Position numbers and translations under genes: made by a program. A DNA stretch of 64,000 nucleotides from a virus (taxonomy: Duplodnaviria; Caudoviricetes). Under the pieces are notes generated by a model. That model made no database searches, was not told where the DNA came from, and saw only the letters and a program-made list of their open reading frames with translations. The stretch is taken from the IMG/VR virus record IMGVR_UViG_2706795957_000001, positions 1 to 64,000 of that record; one strand, 5' to 3'. Below are positions 1-8,257 of this stretch, in pieces (position 1 is the stretch's first letter; every line of letters begins with the position of its first letter).

Positions 1-60
1 GTGTGCTCGCGATCTGTACGGGTTCCAGGGGTTTTTTCTGGGGGGTATGCAGATACGACG

Positions 61-96
61 AAACCCCTCGAGGAGTAGGGATCCTCGAGGGGTTTT
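61..96. terminator. Inverted-repeat (likely bidirectional) terminator ending the leftward arm
   Basis: aaacccctcgagga-N7-tcctcgaggggttt 14-bp stem just past the stop of 117..311. Confidence 0.7.
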
Positions 97-116
97 GCTG
101 TTCACGAGCGACCAGG

Positions 117-311
117 CTATTCGTCAGCCTCCCGACCGTCAAGCGAGTGGTGGGTGACCAACCATGACATCCCCCCGGTCGCCAGCGGCACGGGCTCCAC
201 AGCTGGCCCGCAAACACAGTCGTCAGACTGGTCGTGCTCGATGATGTCCAGGTCGGGGATGACATGCACCGAGTTGTCCAGTTCGAGGGTGTCGTAGCAA
301 CTCCAGGTCAC
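117..311 (-). CDS. Small His/Cys hypothetical protein
   Basis: 64-aa ORF overlapping its neighbour by 4 bp; HVIP..H..SDDCVCGP motif shared with 1818..2105. Confidence 0.7.
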   Translation of the reverse strand: MTWSCYDTLELDNSVHVIPDLDIIEHDQSDDCVCGPAVEPVPLATGGMSWLVTHHSLDGREADE

Positions 312-619
312 CCGGACTCCGGTAGCCGGTAGAGGTGGTCGCCGTACCGCACACGAGTGAGGTCAGGCAGCGACGCACACGACGGCCACAGCTGACACTC
401 GGCCCAGCGGTCGTGGAGCTCTGTCACGAAGACCTTGTACTCGTCGTCCATTCGCACGTAACCGAGGAGCTCGCCGTCATCCGGGTCGTACACCGGCTCA
501 GGCTTCCTCGGCGACGTCCCGTAGATCATGCCTTTGCGAACGCCGTGGATGTCTCCGCGGTTGATCGCAATGGTGTAGTGACCGATGACCGCGGCGACTC
601 GAACCTCGTCGATGCTCAT
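308..619 (-). CDS. Hypothetical protein
   Basis: Start MSIDEVRVAA at 619 overlaps upstream stop; phage-like codon use. Confidence 0.6.
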   Translation of the reverse strand: MSIDEVRVAAVIGHYTIAINRGDIHGVRKGMIYGTSPRKPEPVYDPDDGELLGYVRMDDEYKVFVTELHDRWAECQLWPSCASLPDLTRVRYGDHLYRLPESG

Positions 620-870
620 TGCCAGCCCCACTCGAGCATCTGGTCTTCGTATTGGTCCATCTCGACTTGCTCGTCGAACCCCTTGGCACAGTTCGGGCAA
701 GTCGTGTCGTAGTCGTACATGTTCGCGAGTTCGTCATGTTCCCAGAGGAGGATGTGCAGGTCGTTGAGTTCTACCTCCACGGTGCGCTTGCCACCGGGAC
801 CGGGGGCGCCACAGATGGCGGGGTTCTTGACCACCTGGCGGTATACCCAGAACGGATCTCGTTCGCTCAC
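616..870 (-). CDS. Hypothetical protein (CxxC)
   Basis: GTG start overlapping upstream stop. Confidence 0.55.
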   Translation of the reverse strand: MSERDPFWVYRQVVKNPAICGAPGPGGKRTVEVELNDLHILLWEHDELANMYDYDTTCPNCAKGFDEQVEMDQYEDQMLEWGWQ

Positions 871-1079
871 AGTTCTACCGGCCCTTCGTTTTCCATGGCG
901 TGGAGCAGGTCGAATGTAGCTCCATGCCAGCGGTCGGAGTCTCCGAGTTGTTCGGCGAGTTCGGCGATCTCCTTTGGCGTCAGATCTGTCTCGACACGTC
1001 TCGCGCAGCACATTCGGCGGTAGACCTCGTCGTCGACCGTGACGTCCTTGAAGTCGATTCGTAGCGTGACGTAACTCAA
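867..1079 (-). CDS. Hypothetical protein
   Basis: TTG start with GAGGAG SD, part of the coupled leftward operon. Confidence 0.5.
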   Translation of the reverse strand: MSYVTLRIDFKDVTVDDEVYRRMCCARRVETDLTPKEIAELAEQLGDSDRWHGATFDLLHAMENEGPVEL

Positions 1080-1237
1080 CGGTATTGCTCCTCGATGTGC
1101 AGGCCGGCCTGTTTGCATCTGCGACAGAACGCGACGTGGTTGTAGGGGTTCTCGGCGACTGCCTGCTGTTGTTCCCAGGTGAGTTTCTGGATCACTTCGC
1201 CGCAGCCCTGGCAGTCGAGTGTTGGCGGGTCTGTCAT
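1076..1237 (-). CDS. Small Zn-ribbon protein (53 aa, below ORF-track cutoff)
   Basis: MTDPPTLDCQGC...CRRC; 4-bp overlaps with both neighbours. Confidence 0.55.
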   Translation of the reverse strand: MTDPPTLDCQGCGEVIQKLTWEQQQAVAENPYNHVAFCRRCKQAGLHIEEQYR

Positions 1238-1509
1238 CGTTTCCCCTCCGAGTCCTGGTGCCAGTCGCCAACTTTGGTGGATGCGTAGGTTCGGTCGTCA
1301 ACCTGAATCCAATCCGTCCGGCATTGGCCCTGGCTGTTTCGGAAGCCACAGTCGCGGAGGTGGAGGTTGTTGTAGTGGTAGTACTTTCCCATCCAGATGC
1401 GGTCCTTCTTCTCGATAACTTCGCCCGAGTAGACGGTGTCACCGCATCCGGTGAGGCCGAGGACGCCGGCGAGGGCGAGCGCGGCGGCGATCTTCTTTGT
1501 CTTGTTCAC
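1234..1509 (-). CDS. Lipoprotein
   Basis: Basic N-terminus, hydrophobic stretch, LTGC lipobox. Confidence 0.7.
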   Translation of the reverse strand: MNKTKKIAAALALAGVLGLTGCGDTVYSGEVIEKKDRIWMGKYYHYNNLHLRDCGFRNSQGQCRTDWIQVDDRTYASTKVGDWHQDSEGKR

Positions 1510-1769
1510 TACAGATCCATAAAGTAGGCGTTGGCGGTTTCGTTGAAGATGTCGGTGAGGAGCTCGTCGAGGTCGACGGTGTGCTCCCGGAGGTCCTTGG
1601 TGCCACCGTGAACCTCGAAGGTGAGGACAACGACCATGTGTCCACTGAAGTTCGTCTTCACGTCATATCGACTGAAGTTGTAGTACTCACCGAAGTCCAT
1701 CCGCAGCTGGTTGAACTCGCTCTCCTTCTTGTGTGCGTACTCGTGTAGGACCCTGCCGATCACGTTCAT
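1509..1769 (-). CDS. Hypothetical protein
   Basis: GAGGGAG SD; first gene of the leftward operon. Confidence 0.65.
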   Translation of the reverse strand: MNVIGRVLHEYAHKKESEFNQLRMDFGEYYNFSRYDVKTNFSGHMVVVLTFEVHGGTKDLREHTVDLDELLTDIFNETANAYFMDL

Positions 1770-1817
1770 GCCTGTGTTCTCCCTCTCGATCTACCCATCT
1801 AATGCTACAGTAGACAC

Positions 1818-2105
1818 ATGTCAGACGTAGAGCTTTACCCGATGTATGAGGGCACCACTGTGGATGGCGACGTGATCGTTTCGTTCACACCAAGGGCTCG
1901 CGACGTGAAGTCGGATGAGACGTCGTATCGGCCCATCCATGTGGTGCCGTTCGACGACCCGGGCAACCCGCATGTCGCCTCCGAGGACTGCTTCTGCATC
2001 CCGCGGCTGGTGATGGAAACGACCGAGAAGGCCGTCTATTGGGTCTACCGCCACGGTGGCGCCAAGGAGCGCACCGGGCCACTGGGGATCAGGAGCGTGG
2101 GATGA
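1818..2105 (+). CDS. Hypothetical protein, paralog of 117..311
   Basis: IHVVP..H..SEDCFCIP motif. Confidence 0.65.
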   Translation: MSDVELYPMYEGTTVDGDVIVSFTPRARDVKSDETSYRPIHVVPFDDPGNPHVASEDCFCIPRLVMETTEKAVYWVYRHGGAKERTGPLGIRSVG

Positions 2106-2115
2106 GGGTCGGCTA

Positions 2116-2424
2116 GTGGGCTGGGGTGAGCCACTCACGCCCGAGTGGCGTCGCAACCGTCCGATCATCCTCAAGCGCGCGAACTACCAGTGCCAGCTGA
2201 GATGGAAGGGCTGCACAGGCGAGGCTACTGAGGCTGACCACATCATCAACCGCGACTCCTGGCCATACGACAAGCCTGGTCGCGACGACGTGAGCAACGG
2301 CCAAGCTCTTTGCCATGCATGCCATGTGAAGAAGACGTCATACGAACAGCAGCGCAAGAGAAGGAAGAATAAGGAGGTCCTGAAGCACCGATGGACGAGA
2401 ATCAAGCATCCCGGGCTGAGGTGA
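2116..2424 (+). CDS. HNH endonuclease (packaging-associated type)
   Basis: CQ..C...ATEADHI...N.QALCHACHVKKT; start uncertain. Confidence 0.85.
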   Translation: MGWGEPLTPEWRRNRPIILKRANYQCQLRWKGCTGEATEADHIINRDSWPYDKPGRDDVSNGQALCHACHVKKTSYEQQRKRRKNKEVLKHRWTRIKHPGLR

Positions 2425-2428
2425 GCGC

Positions 2429-3223
2429 ATGCGAACCCTGCTGATCGGATCCGCTGCGGCGCAGAAGCTCATCCCGTCATGGCGTGACCCTAAGGACTGG
2501 GACTACTTCTCGGATGTGCCCCTCAAGTTCAGCAAGGATCCCGTCCGCCGCGACGTGTTCTGGCACGACGGCCTCGAGGAGATCCTGCCCGAGGGTACCT
2601 GCCGACCAGCCACCCTCGACGAGCTGTACACGATCAAGTTCAGCCACTCCTACTGGGAGCTGCGCAACGGGTCGTGGTCCAAGCACATGGCCGACCTCCT
2701 GAAGCTGAAAGAAGCTGGTGCGCAACTCATTCCGGAGTGGCACGATGCGCTATACAAGATCTGGGAAGATACCCACGGCAAGAAGGTCGTCGACCTAACG
2801 AAGGAAGCCGATGAGTTCTTCTCCGACGCCGTGAAGCGCATCTACGAGCACGACTCGATCCATGCGTCCATGGCATACAACGGTGACCGTCCGTTGTATG
2901 AGCAGTTCCTACTCCCCGGCAAGACGGTCCAGATGGACATGGCCGCGGTGTGGGACGCACCACTCGAGGTGCAGCTCAACATGTTCCGCGAGGAGATCTA
3001 CGTGACCGCCCTCGAGCGGCTCGTCATCCCCGCGGACTACCAGTACTCGCCGGGTCGCGCCTATCAGTGGGCCCTGCGACGCACGATCACGAGCCTCACC
3101 AAGGGTCGCAGCGCGCGATTCTTGGTAGAGCACTTCGATGTTCTAGCCAGACCGGACATCGACTACGTGAAGTTTCACCTGAGCAACAAGGACAAGCTGA
3201 TCACACTGAAGGAGGCAGCATGA
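2429..3223 (+). CDS. Pol-beta-superfamily nucleotidyltransferase-like protein
   Basis: N-terminal hhGS-x-DhD motif (LLIGSAA...KDWDY). Confidence 0.6.
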   Translation: MRTLLIGSAAAQKLIPSWRDPKDWDYFSDVPLKFSKDPVRRDVFWHDGLEEILPEGTCRPATLDELYTIKFSHSYWELRNGSWSKHMADLLKLKEAGAQLIPEWHDALYKIWEDTHGKKVVDLTKEADEFFSDAVKRIYEHDSIHASMAYNGDRPLYEQFLLPGKTVQMDMAAVWDAPLEVQLNMFREEIYVTALERLVIPADYQYSPGRAYQWALRRTITSLTKGRSARFLVEHFDVLARPDIDYVKFHLSNKDKLITLKEAA

Positions 3224-3600
3224 GTTACACCGCAGACGATCTCGACATCGCCCTCGCCAAGCTGTTTTACAACGGCCCAGAGCGGGACCGGGTCAAGTAC
3301 TGGTCGGACTATGCCGAAGAGGCGTGGGACCGGGTTGAGAGCCGAATCTATTTCGGCGACAAGTCGATCGAGACCGAGTTTGGCACCATCCACAAGGCCG
3401 ACGACTTCGGCGGCGAAGGCATGGGGGACCAGTACTACCTCGTCGTCTCGGTCACCGACGACGCCGGCAACGTGCGCTACTTCAAGCGCTGCGGCTACCA
3501 CCGATCCCATGACGGGTCCTACCTCGACGGCCCGACCCTCGAGGTTGAGCCAGTACAGCAGACTATCACGGTCTGGAACACCAAGAAGGAGAGCAAGTGA
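3220..3600 (+). CDS. Hypothetical protein (paralog 1)
   Basis: AAGGAGG SD; shares GGEG.GDQY...GNVRYF...DGPT.EV with the next gene. Confidence 0.8.
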   Translation: MSYTADDLDIALAKLFYNGPERDRVKYWSDYAEEAWDRVESRIYFGDKSIETEFGTIHKADDFGGEGMGDQYYLVVSVTDDAGNVRYFKRCGYHRSHDGSYLDGPTLEVEPVQQTITVWNTKKESK

Positions 3601-4058
3601 GCTACACCGTCAACGACATCAACGAGTACGTCCAGAACGGCGAGTCGCCGACCGAAGGCAGCTGGCGTGAGTTCGAGGAGCTCATCCAGGCAGATTCGGC
3701 GCCGGTCCGAAACCCGAAGCCCGAGGAGATCGGGGAGGGTGAATGGGTCGACGGAGGCGGGTACCTGCACGAGCCCAAGCAACACGGTCGTAACTGGTCC
3801 TACCGGGTCTACCGCCCCCAGGGTTACACCGGCCTCAAGATCCCCGGCATCGGCCTTGCCACCCTCGAGCGCACCCACGGCGGCGAGGGGGAGGGCGACC
3901 AGTACTGGTTCGTCTTCAAGATCACCGATGACGACGGCAACGTGCGCTACTTCCGGCGCGAGGGCTGGTACGCGTCCTACGACGGCGGTCACTACGACGG
4001 TCCGACCGTGGAGGTGCGACCAGCCGAGAAGGTGATCACCGTCTACAAGAAGATCTAG
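3597..4058 (+). CDS. Hypothetical protein (paralog 2)
   Basis: AAGGAG SD; same motif. Confidence 0.8.
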   Translation: MSYTVNDINEYVQNGESPTEGSWREFEELIQADSAPVRNPKPEEIGEGEWVDGGGYLHEPKQHGRNWSYRVYRPQGYTGLKIPGIGLATLERTHGGEGEGDQYWFVFKITDDDGNVRYFRREGWYASYDGGHYDGPTVEVRPAEKVITVYKKI

Positions 4059-4061
4059 TTC

Positions 4062-4091
4062 TTGCGTCTGACGTCCTCTCTAATGTACACT
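4062..4091 (+). promoter_or_regulatory. SigA-like promoter of the tRNA cluster
   Basis: TTGCGT-N18-TACACT. Confidence 0.5.
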
Positions 4092-4109
4092 TAGAGGTGC
4101 GCGTGGTTA

Positions 4110-4180
4110 TCCCCGAATGCTCGAGGGCTTGAGCGCTGCTGACGAGCAGAGTGTCGTGGGTTCGAATCCCACACGGGGAG
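4110..4180 (+). ncRNA. tRNA-like RNA 1 with non-canonical anticodon arm
   Basis: Acceptor tccccg/cgggga, D stem gctc/gagc, T arm gtggg-TTCGAAT-cccac; anticodon arm ctgc-TGACGA-gcag. Confidence 0.75.
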
Positions 4181-4184
4181 CTTT

Positions 4185-4257
4185 CTCCTGGTAGTCGAGT
4201 CAGGTTACGGCGCTTGCTGACGAGCGAGAGGCGTGGGTTCAAATCCCACCCAGGGGA
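4185..4257 (+). ncRNA. tRNA-like RNA 2 with non-canonical anticodon arm
   Basis: Acceptor ctcctgg/ccagggg, D stem gtcg/cggc, T arm gtggg-TTCAAAT-cccac; anticodon arm cttgc-TGACGA-gcgag. Confidence 0.75.
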
Positions 4258-4260
4258 CAT

Positions 4261-4332
4261 ATGGGCGTAGCTCAATTGGAAGAGCAGCGGTCTCCAAAAC
4301 CGCCGGTGTAGGTTCGAGTCCTGCCGCCTGTG
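4261..4332 (+). tRNA. tRNA-Trp(CCA)
   Basis: Cloverleaf; gcggt-CTCCAAA-accgc; no encoded CCA end. Confidence 0.9.
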
Positions 4333-4399
4333 CGAGGTGTCGATGTTTCTGGCTCCGGTTTCAAGTTGACTCCCAATAACACTGCAAACCGGGCAGCTC

Positions 4400-4481
4400 G
4401 TGGGTGACACACCAATGGTGGTGTAGCCGGCTGTAACCCGGTGGCGTTCTACGCGGGCAGGTTCGATCCCTGCCACCCACA
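4400..4481 (+). tRNA. tRNA-Tyr(GTA)
   Basis: gtgggtg/cacccac acceptor; gccgg-CTGTAAC-ccggt; long variable arm. Confidence 0.85.
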
Positions 4482-4600
4482 CGCAAGCCCCTGCCCTCTG
4501 ATGCCGCACCCGATTTTCGATCACGCGGCTCAAGGTATGGACCAGGCCGTCCTGATCAGATGGAACCAGTTCACACGATTCCGGGTCGTGGGGGCGTTCG

Positions 4601-4683
4601 GGAGAGTATGCCCACGGTGGGCGCGCGGTGTCGAAAGCCGCTATACGGTAACCATTCCGGGGGTTCAACTCCTCTGCTCTCCG
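4601..4683 (+). tRNA. tRNA-Ser(CGA)
   Basis: ggagagt/gctctcc acceptor; gcggt-GTCGAAA-gccgc; long variable arm; G73. Confidence 0.8.
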
Positions 4684-4718
4684 CACCCACCCTGCGCTCT
4701 CGCAGTTCAGGGTCTTTA

Positions 4719-4801
4719 GGCGAGTTATCCAGTCTGGGACTGGCTACCGTTGCTAGCGGCTAGGCATCTTCGGGTGTGTGGTTCGACTCCTCAACTCGCC
4801 G
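4719..4801 (+). tRNA. tRNA-Ser(GCT)
   Basis: ggcgagt/actcgcc acceptor; ccg-TTGCTAG-cgg (weak stem); UUCG-capped variable arm. Confidence 0.75.
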
Positions 4802-4986
4802 CGTTGCCGGTACCGACGGTGCGGGAACCAACTCATATCGGGTTCCATCGGTGTCCTGGGCACTGACGCCAAAAGGCCCACTCATTCTGACGTTCAATCC
4901 CATTGAACAGCACGAAAGGTGAACATGCCGTTCCTCGACACCACCTGACTTCCCTACATGACTCGTAGGGAAGGAGGTGATTGGCT

Positions 4987-5196
4987 ATGCCAGGACCATG
5001 CTCAGCCCCAAACGGGGACGTCACACTCATGTCCATGGTGAAGGACCACTGTCCGCATCATGGCGCCAAGCTGGGTGAGTGTGCAAAGAATGCACGACGC
5101 GGTGAAGATTGTCCGCGACGTGTCACGAAGCGCCAGTTCTTGCAGCGTATCGGGAAGCTCGATACGGGCAAGACGCGCAACCAGCGCCGCAACTGA
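4987..5196 (+). CDS. Small basic Cys/His protein inside the tRNA cluster
   Basis: Strong SD AAGGAGGTGA upstream. Confidence 0.5.
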   Translation: MPGPCSAPNGDVTLMSMVKDHCPHHGAKLGECAKNARRGEDCPRRVTKRQFLQRIGKLDTGKTRNQRRN

Positions 5197-5271
5197 CCGG
5201 GTGCAGCCGGTTCCAGCCTTCTGCATGAGGTTGGCTGTCGACCTGGGTATGTCATCAAAACTGCCCCACCC

Positions 5272-5349
5272 CGGCGTGTAGCTCAGATTGGTGAGAGCGC
5301 TCGGTTGAAACCCGAGAGGTCGCAGGTTCGAGCCCTGCCGCGCCGGCCA
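5272..5349 (+). tRNA. tRNA-Phe(GAA)
   Basis: ctcgg-TTGAAAC-ccgag; encoded CCA. Confidence 0.9.
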
Positions 5350-5350
5350 T

Positions 5351-5426
5351 TTCGACGTAGCTCAATTGGCAGAGCGTCCGACTGTTAATCGGATGGTTGA
5401 AGGTTCGAGTCCTTCCGTCGGAGCCA
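5351..5426 (+). tRNA. tRNA-Asn(GTT)
   Basis: tccga-CTGTTAA-tcgga; encoded CCA. Confidence 0.92.
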
Positions 5427-5500
5427 TCCTGGCCCGGCCCAGACCTTTCTGAACACCGCATTCCCGCGGTGTTTCTTGTGGTATCTGCAGGAGGTCTGCA

Positions 5501-5737
5501 ATGTCCGACGAAAACAACCTCGATGTGTATGAGGTGTCTAAGCTGTCGGTTGTCCGCTATCTGGGCATCGACGGCACCTTCTTCACGGATGTGTACTGGG
5601 AGGACTTCCGCGGCGGCGACGATCTGACCTTCGAGGAGAAGATCGCGCTGGTCGAGCGTGCCCGACAGAACGCGTACATGAGCGAGATGGACTACGAGAT
5701 CGTCGATTGGGATGACGATGACGACGGTGAAGGCTGA
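5501..5737 (+). CDS. Acidic hypothetical protein
   Basis: AGGAGG SD, 78 aa. Confidence 0.7.
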   Translation: MSDENNLDVYEVSKLSVVRYLGIDGTFFTDVYWEDFRGGDDLTFEEKIALVERARQNAYMSEMDYEIVDWDDDDDGEG

Positions 5738-6024
5738 TTCCTTGATGTAGGTACCTCAAGTCAAAAGACTTGAACCTGTCTAGGTAGACCCTAGACTAAA
5801 AGAGTGGGGTGCTAGCAGGCCATCCCCGGTCACGAGTACTGCGAACGACCCAAAACCGCCTGCAAAAAGAGATAAGTCCCAGCTCTTGGGCAATTTCACT
5901 GGCGCGCTTCTGGATCCGACATGGATCGTGCGCCACCTTCGCAAGTTCCGACAGGGAGCGCTCATATGTCTCGAATCAAACACGCATGCCTCATGCGTGT
6001 CTTTGTCGTACCCGGGGGTGGGTG

Positions 6025-6501
6025 ATGGCTGCACAGAAGCCTGGACCGCCTCCAACCGGTAATGCTGTCCGCCGCAACAAGGACCCCAATCTGCAGCAGC
6101 AGGATTGGGCGATTGTCGACCCGGCGCTGCATGACTGGGATTATCCCGAGATCCCCGACTGGATCGATTCCACGCCTCGCACTGAGGCTGTCTACGAGTT
6201 CCTGATGACCCTGCCCCAGAGCCGCACGTGGCGACAGGGTGAGTGGTTCCAGATCTGGATGTCCCTGCCGACTATCGAGCGCTATTTCTCTCGGCCAGGT
6301 GGCGAGACGCTGAAGAGCATCATGGGGCTGCTCAACGTCGGCCTCAACCTGACTCAGGCCGACATGGCCAAGGCCCGCATGAAGTTCAAGGAAGCAGACC
6401 CTGTCGAGGAAGAGCTCGAGGGTGCGACGAAGGCCAAGGTAGTCGACCTGGAAGCGAGGAAGAAGCGGCTCACGATGCCGTCCGACTCGGACGGTGACTG
6501 A
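6025..6501 (+). CDS. Terminase small subunit
   Basis: Coupled directly upstream of the large terminase; GPPP...RRNK N-terminus typical of actinophage TerS. Confidence 0.75.
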   Translation: MAAQKPGPPPTGNAVRRNKDPNLQQQDWAIVDPALHDWDYPEIPDWIDSTPRTEAVYEFLMTLPQSRTWRQGEWFQIWMSLPTIERYFSRPGGETLKSIMGLLNVGLNLTQADMAKARMKFKEADPVEEELEGATKAKVVDLEARKKRLTMPSDSDGD

Positions 6502-8249
6502 TGCCGCACGAGATCTTCCACAACGACCAGATGGACCTGAACCGGTCCCTGGGTTGGCTCGCAGTCGACTGGATTGAGTCACTGTGCGTCCGTGGTAACG
6601 GCGACGTCATCGGACAGCCGGTGGAGCACCTGATCGACGACTATGCCCGCTTCATCGTCATGGCCTACTCGATCGACGAGGAGGGCAAGCTCCTCCACAC
6701 GTCATCGTTTCTATCTCGAGCAAAGGGCTGGGGAAAATCTGAGATCGCCGCATTCGTCGGCCTTTTCGACGCCCTGGGTCCGTCACGCTTCGATCACTAT
6801 GCAGAGGCGGGGGAGACCTACGTCTGCCCCTACGGTACCGGCTACGTCTATCACTACAGCGAGGGCGAGCCGGTCGGCAAGAAGATGAACACGCCGATCG
6901 TGCAGTGTGTGGCTACCGAGGAAGGTCAGGCCGGCGAGGTCTACTCCACGATCCACATGAACTGCAACGAAGGGCCCCTCGCGGTGGCCTTCCCGGATAA
7001 GCGCGACGTCGGCCTGACGAGGATAAACGTCCCGGGTGGTGGGTTCATCAAGCCCATCACTGCGAGCGGCGACTCGAAGGACGGTGGCAAGACCACCCTC
7101 GCGCTCCTGGACGAGACGCACCTCTGGAAGACCCCGGAGCTGCAGAACCTCTACAAGACCATCGACCGTAACCTACAGAAGCGCCGCGGTACCGCCGGCA
7201 CGTTCATGCTCGAGACCTCGACCATGTTCGGACAGGGCGAGAACTCGGTCGCTGAGCAGGCCTACGACGCCATCCAGACGATCCGTGAGGGCAAGTTCAA
7301 GGGCCGCATCCGCCAACTCTTCGATCATCGCTACGGACACATCGACCCCGATGACCTCGGCGACCCGGACAAGGTGCGCGAGGCCCTGATCGACTCGTAC
7401 AACGAGGCCCTGGGGTGGAACGACCTCGAGTCCATGGTGGATCAGGTCATGGATCTTCGATCCGGCGCCGATGTCACCGCAACCTACCGCTACTGGTTCA
7501 ACGACAAGTTCGCCGTCGAGGCAGCGTTCCTGGCCCCCTGGGAATGGGAGTCCGTCGGCCCCAAGGCATTCAACGATGACAATGACGATGAGAACTATTT
7601 TCCGACGCCGAACCCGATCAAGCCCGGGGACGTCATCGCCCTCGGCTTCGACGGTTCGCGCAAACGAACTCGAGGCGTCACGGACTCCACCGCTCTGGTG
7701 GCGGTACGAGTACGAGACGGGGCGTGTTTCCCGATCCGGATCTGGGAGCAGCCGCCTGATTACCACGGCTCTGACGGATGGGAAGCCCCGGTCGCCGAGG
7801 TGGATGCAATGGTGCGCCACGCGTTCAAGACGTACCGCGTGGTGGCCTTCTACGCCGACCCGGCCTACTGGACACCCACGGTAGCCGACTGGGAAGCAAA
7901 GTTCGGACATCATCTGCCCGTCAAGGCATCTCAGCAGCACCCGATCGAGAAGTGGATGACCGGTAGTTCGGTCGCCAAGCGCACCGTCGACATGATCGAC
8001 AAGTTCGAGCAGGCAGTGCTCAACAAGGAGCTCTACCACTTTGACGACCCCCAACTGACCAGCCACATCCTCAACTGTCGACGCAAAGAGTCCAACGCTG
8101 GACGCCAGCTCGGCAAGGAAACCCCCAACAGTCCCAAGAAGATTGACGCGGCCATCGCGCTGATCCTCGCCTGGCAAGCCCGCCTCGATGCTGTCGCCAA
8201 GGGCGTGGGCATGGCACCGCCGAAGCGCGTTGCCTACAGACTTCGCTAA
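6501..8249 (+). CDS. terL: Terminase large subunit
   Basis: Walker A RAKGWGKS, Walker B LLDETH, nuclease GFDGS...D...KIDAAIA. Confidence 0.95.
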   Translation: MPHEIFHNDQMDLNRSLGWLAVDWIESLCVRGNGDVIGQPVEHLIDDYARFIVMAYSIDEEGKLLHTSSFLSRAKGWGKSEIAAFVGLFDALGPSRFDHYAEAGETYVCPYGTGYVYHYSEGEPVGKKMNTPIVQCVATEEGQAGEVYSTIHMNCNEGPLAVAFPDKRDVGLTRINVPGGGFIKPITASGDSKDGGKTTLALLDETHLWKTPELQNLYKTIDRNLQKRRGTAGTFMLETSTMFGQGENSVAEQAYDAIQTIREGKFKGRIRQLFDHRYGHIDPDDLGDPDKVREALIDSYNEALGWNDLESMVDQVMDLRSGADVTATYRYWFNDKFAVEAAFLAPWEWESVGPKAFNDDNDDENYFPTPNPIKPGDVIALGFDGSRKRTRGVTDSTALVAVRVRDGACFPIRIWEQPPDYHGSDGWEAPVAEVDAMVRHAFKTYRVVAFYADPAYWTPTVADWEAKFGHHLPVKASQQHPIEKWMTGSSVAKRTVDMIDKFEQAVLNKELYHFDDPQLTSHILNCRRKESNAGRQLGKETPNSPKKIDAAIALILAWQARLDAVAKGVGMAPPKRVAYRLR

Positions 8250-8257
8250 GGAGCACC

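Noticed and set aside
4136-4228. CTGACGA in the tRNA-like RNAs as a hammerhead core (CUGANGA)
   Set aside because: No GAAA and stem II/III arrangement; the motif sits in a closed hairpin of a cloverleaf
4110-4257. Calling these tRNA-Val(GAC) or tRNA-Arg(ACG)
   Set aside because: No 7-nt loop register gives a paired anticodon stem
4333-4406. tmRNA resume region (ATAACACT GCA AAC) or HDV-like/theta ribozyme
   Set aside because: No tmRNA acceptor/T-arm ends, and I could not build the nested double pseudoknot
5738-6024. Gap before terS as an ncRNA or as the 5809 start extension
   Set aside because: Only isolated short hairpins and no repeated core; no support for either reading
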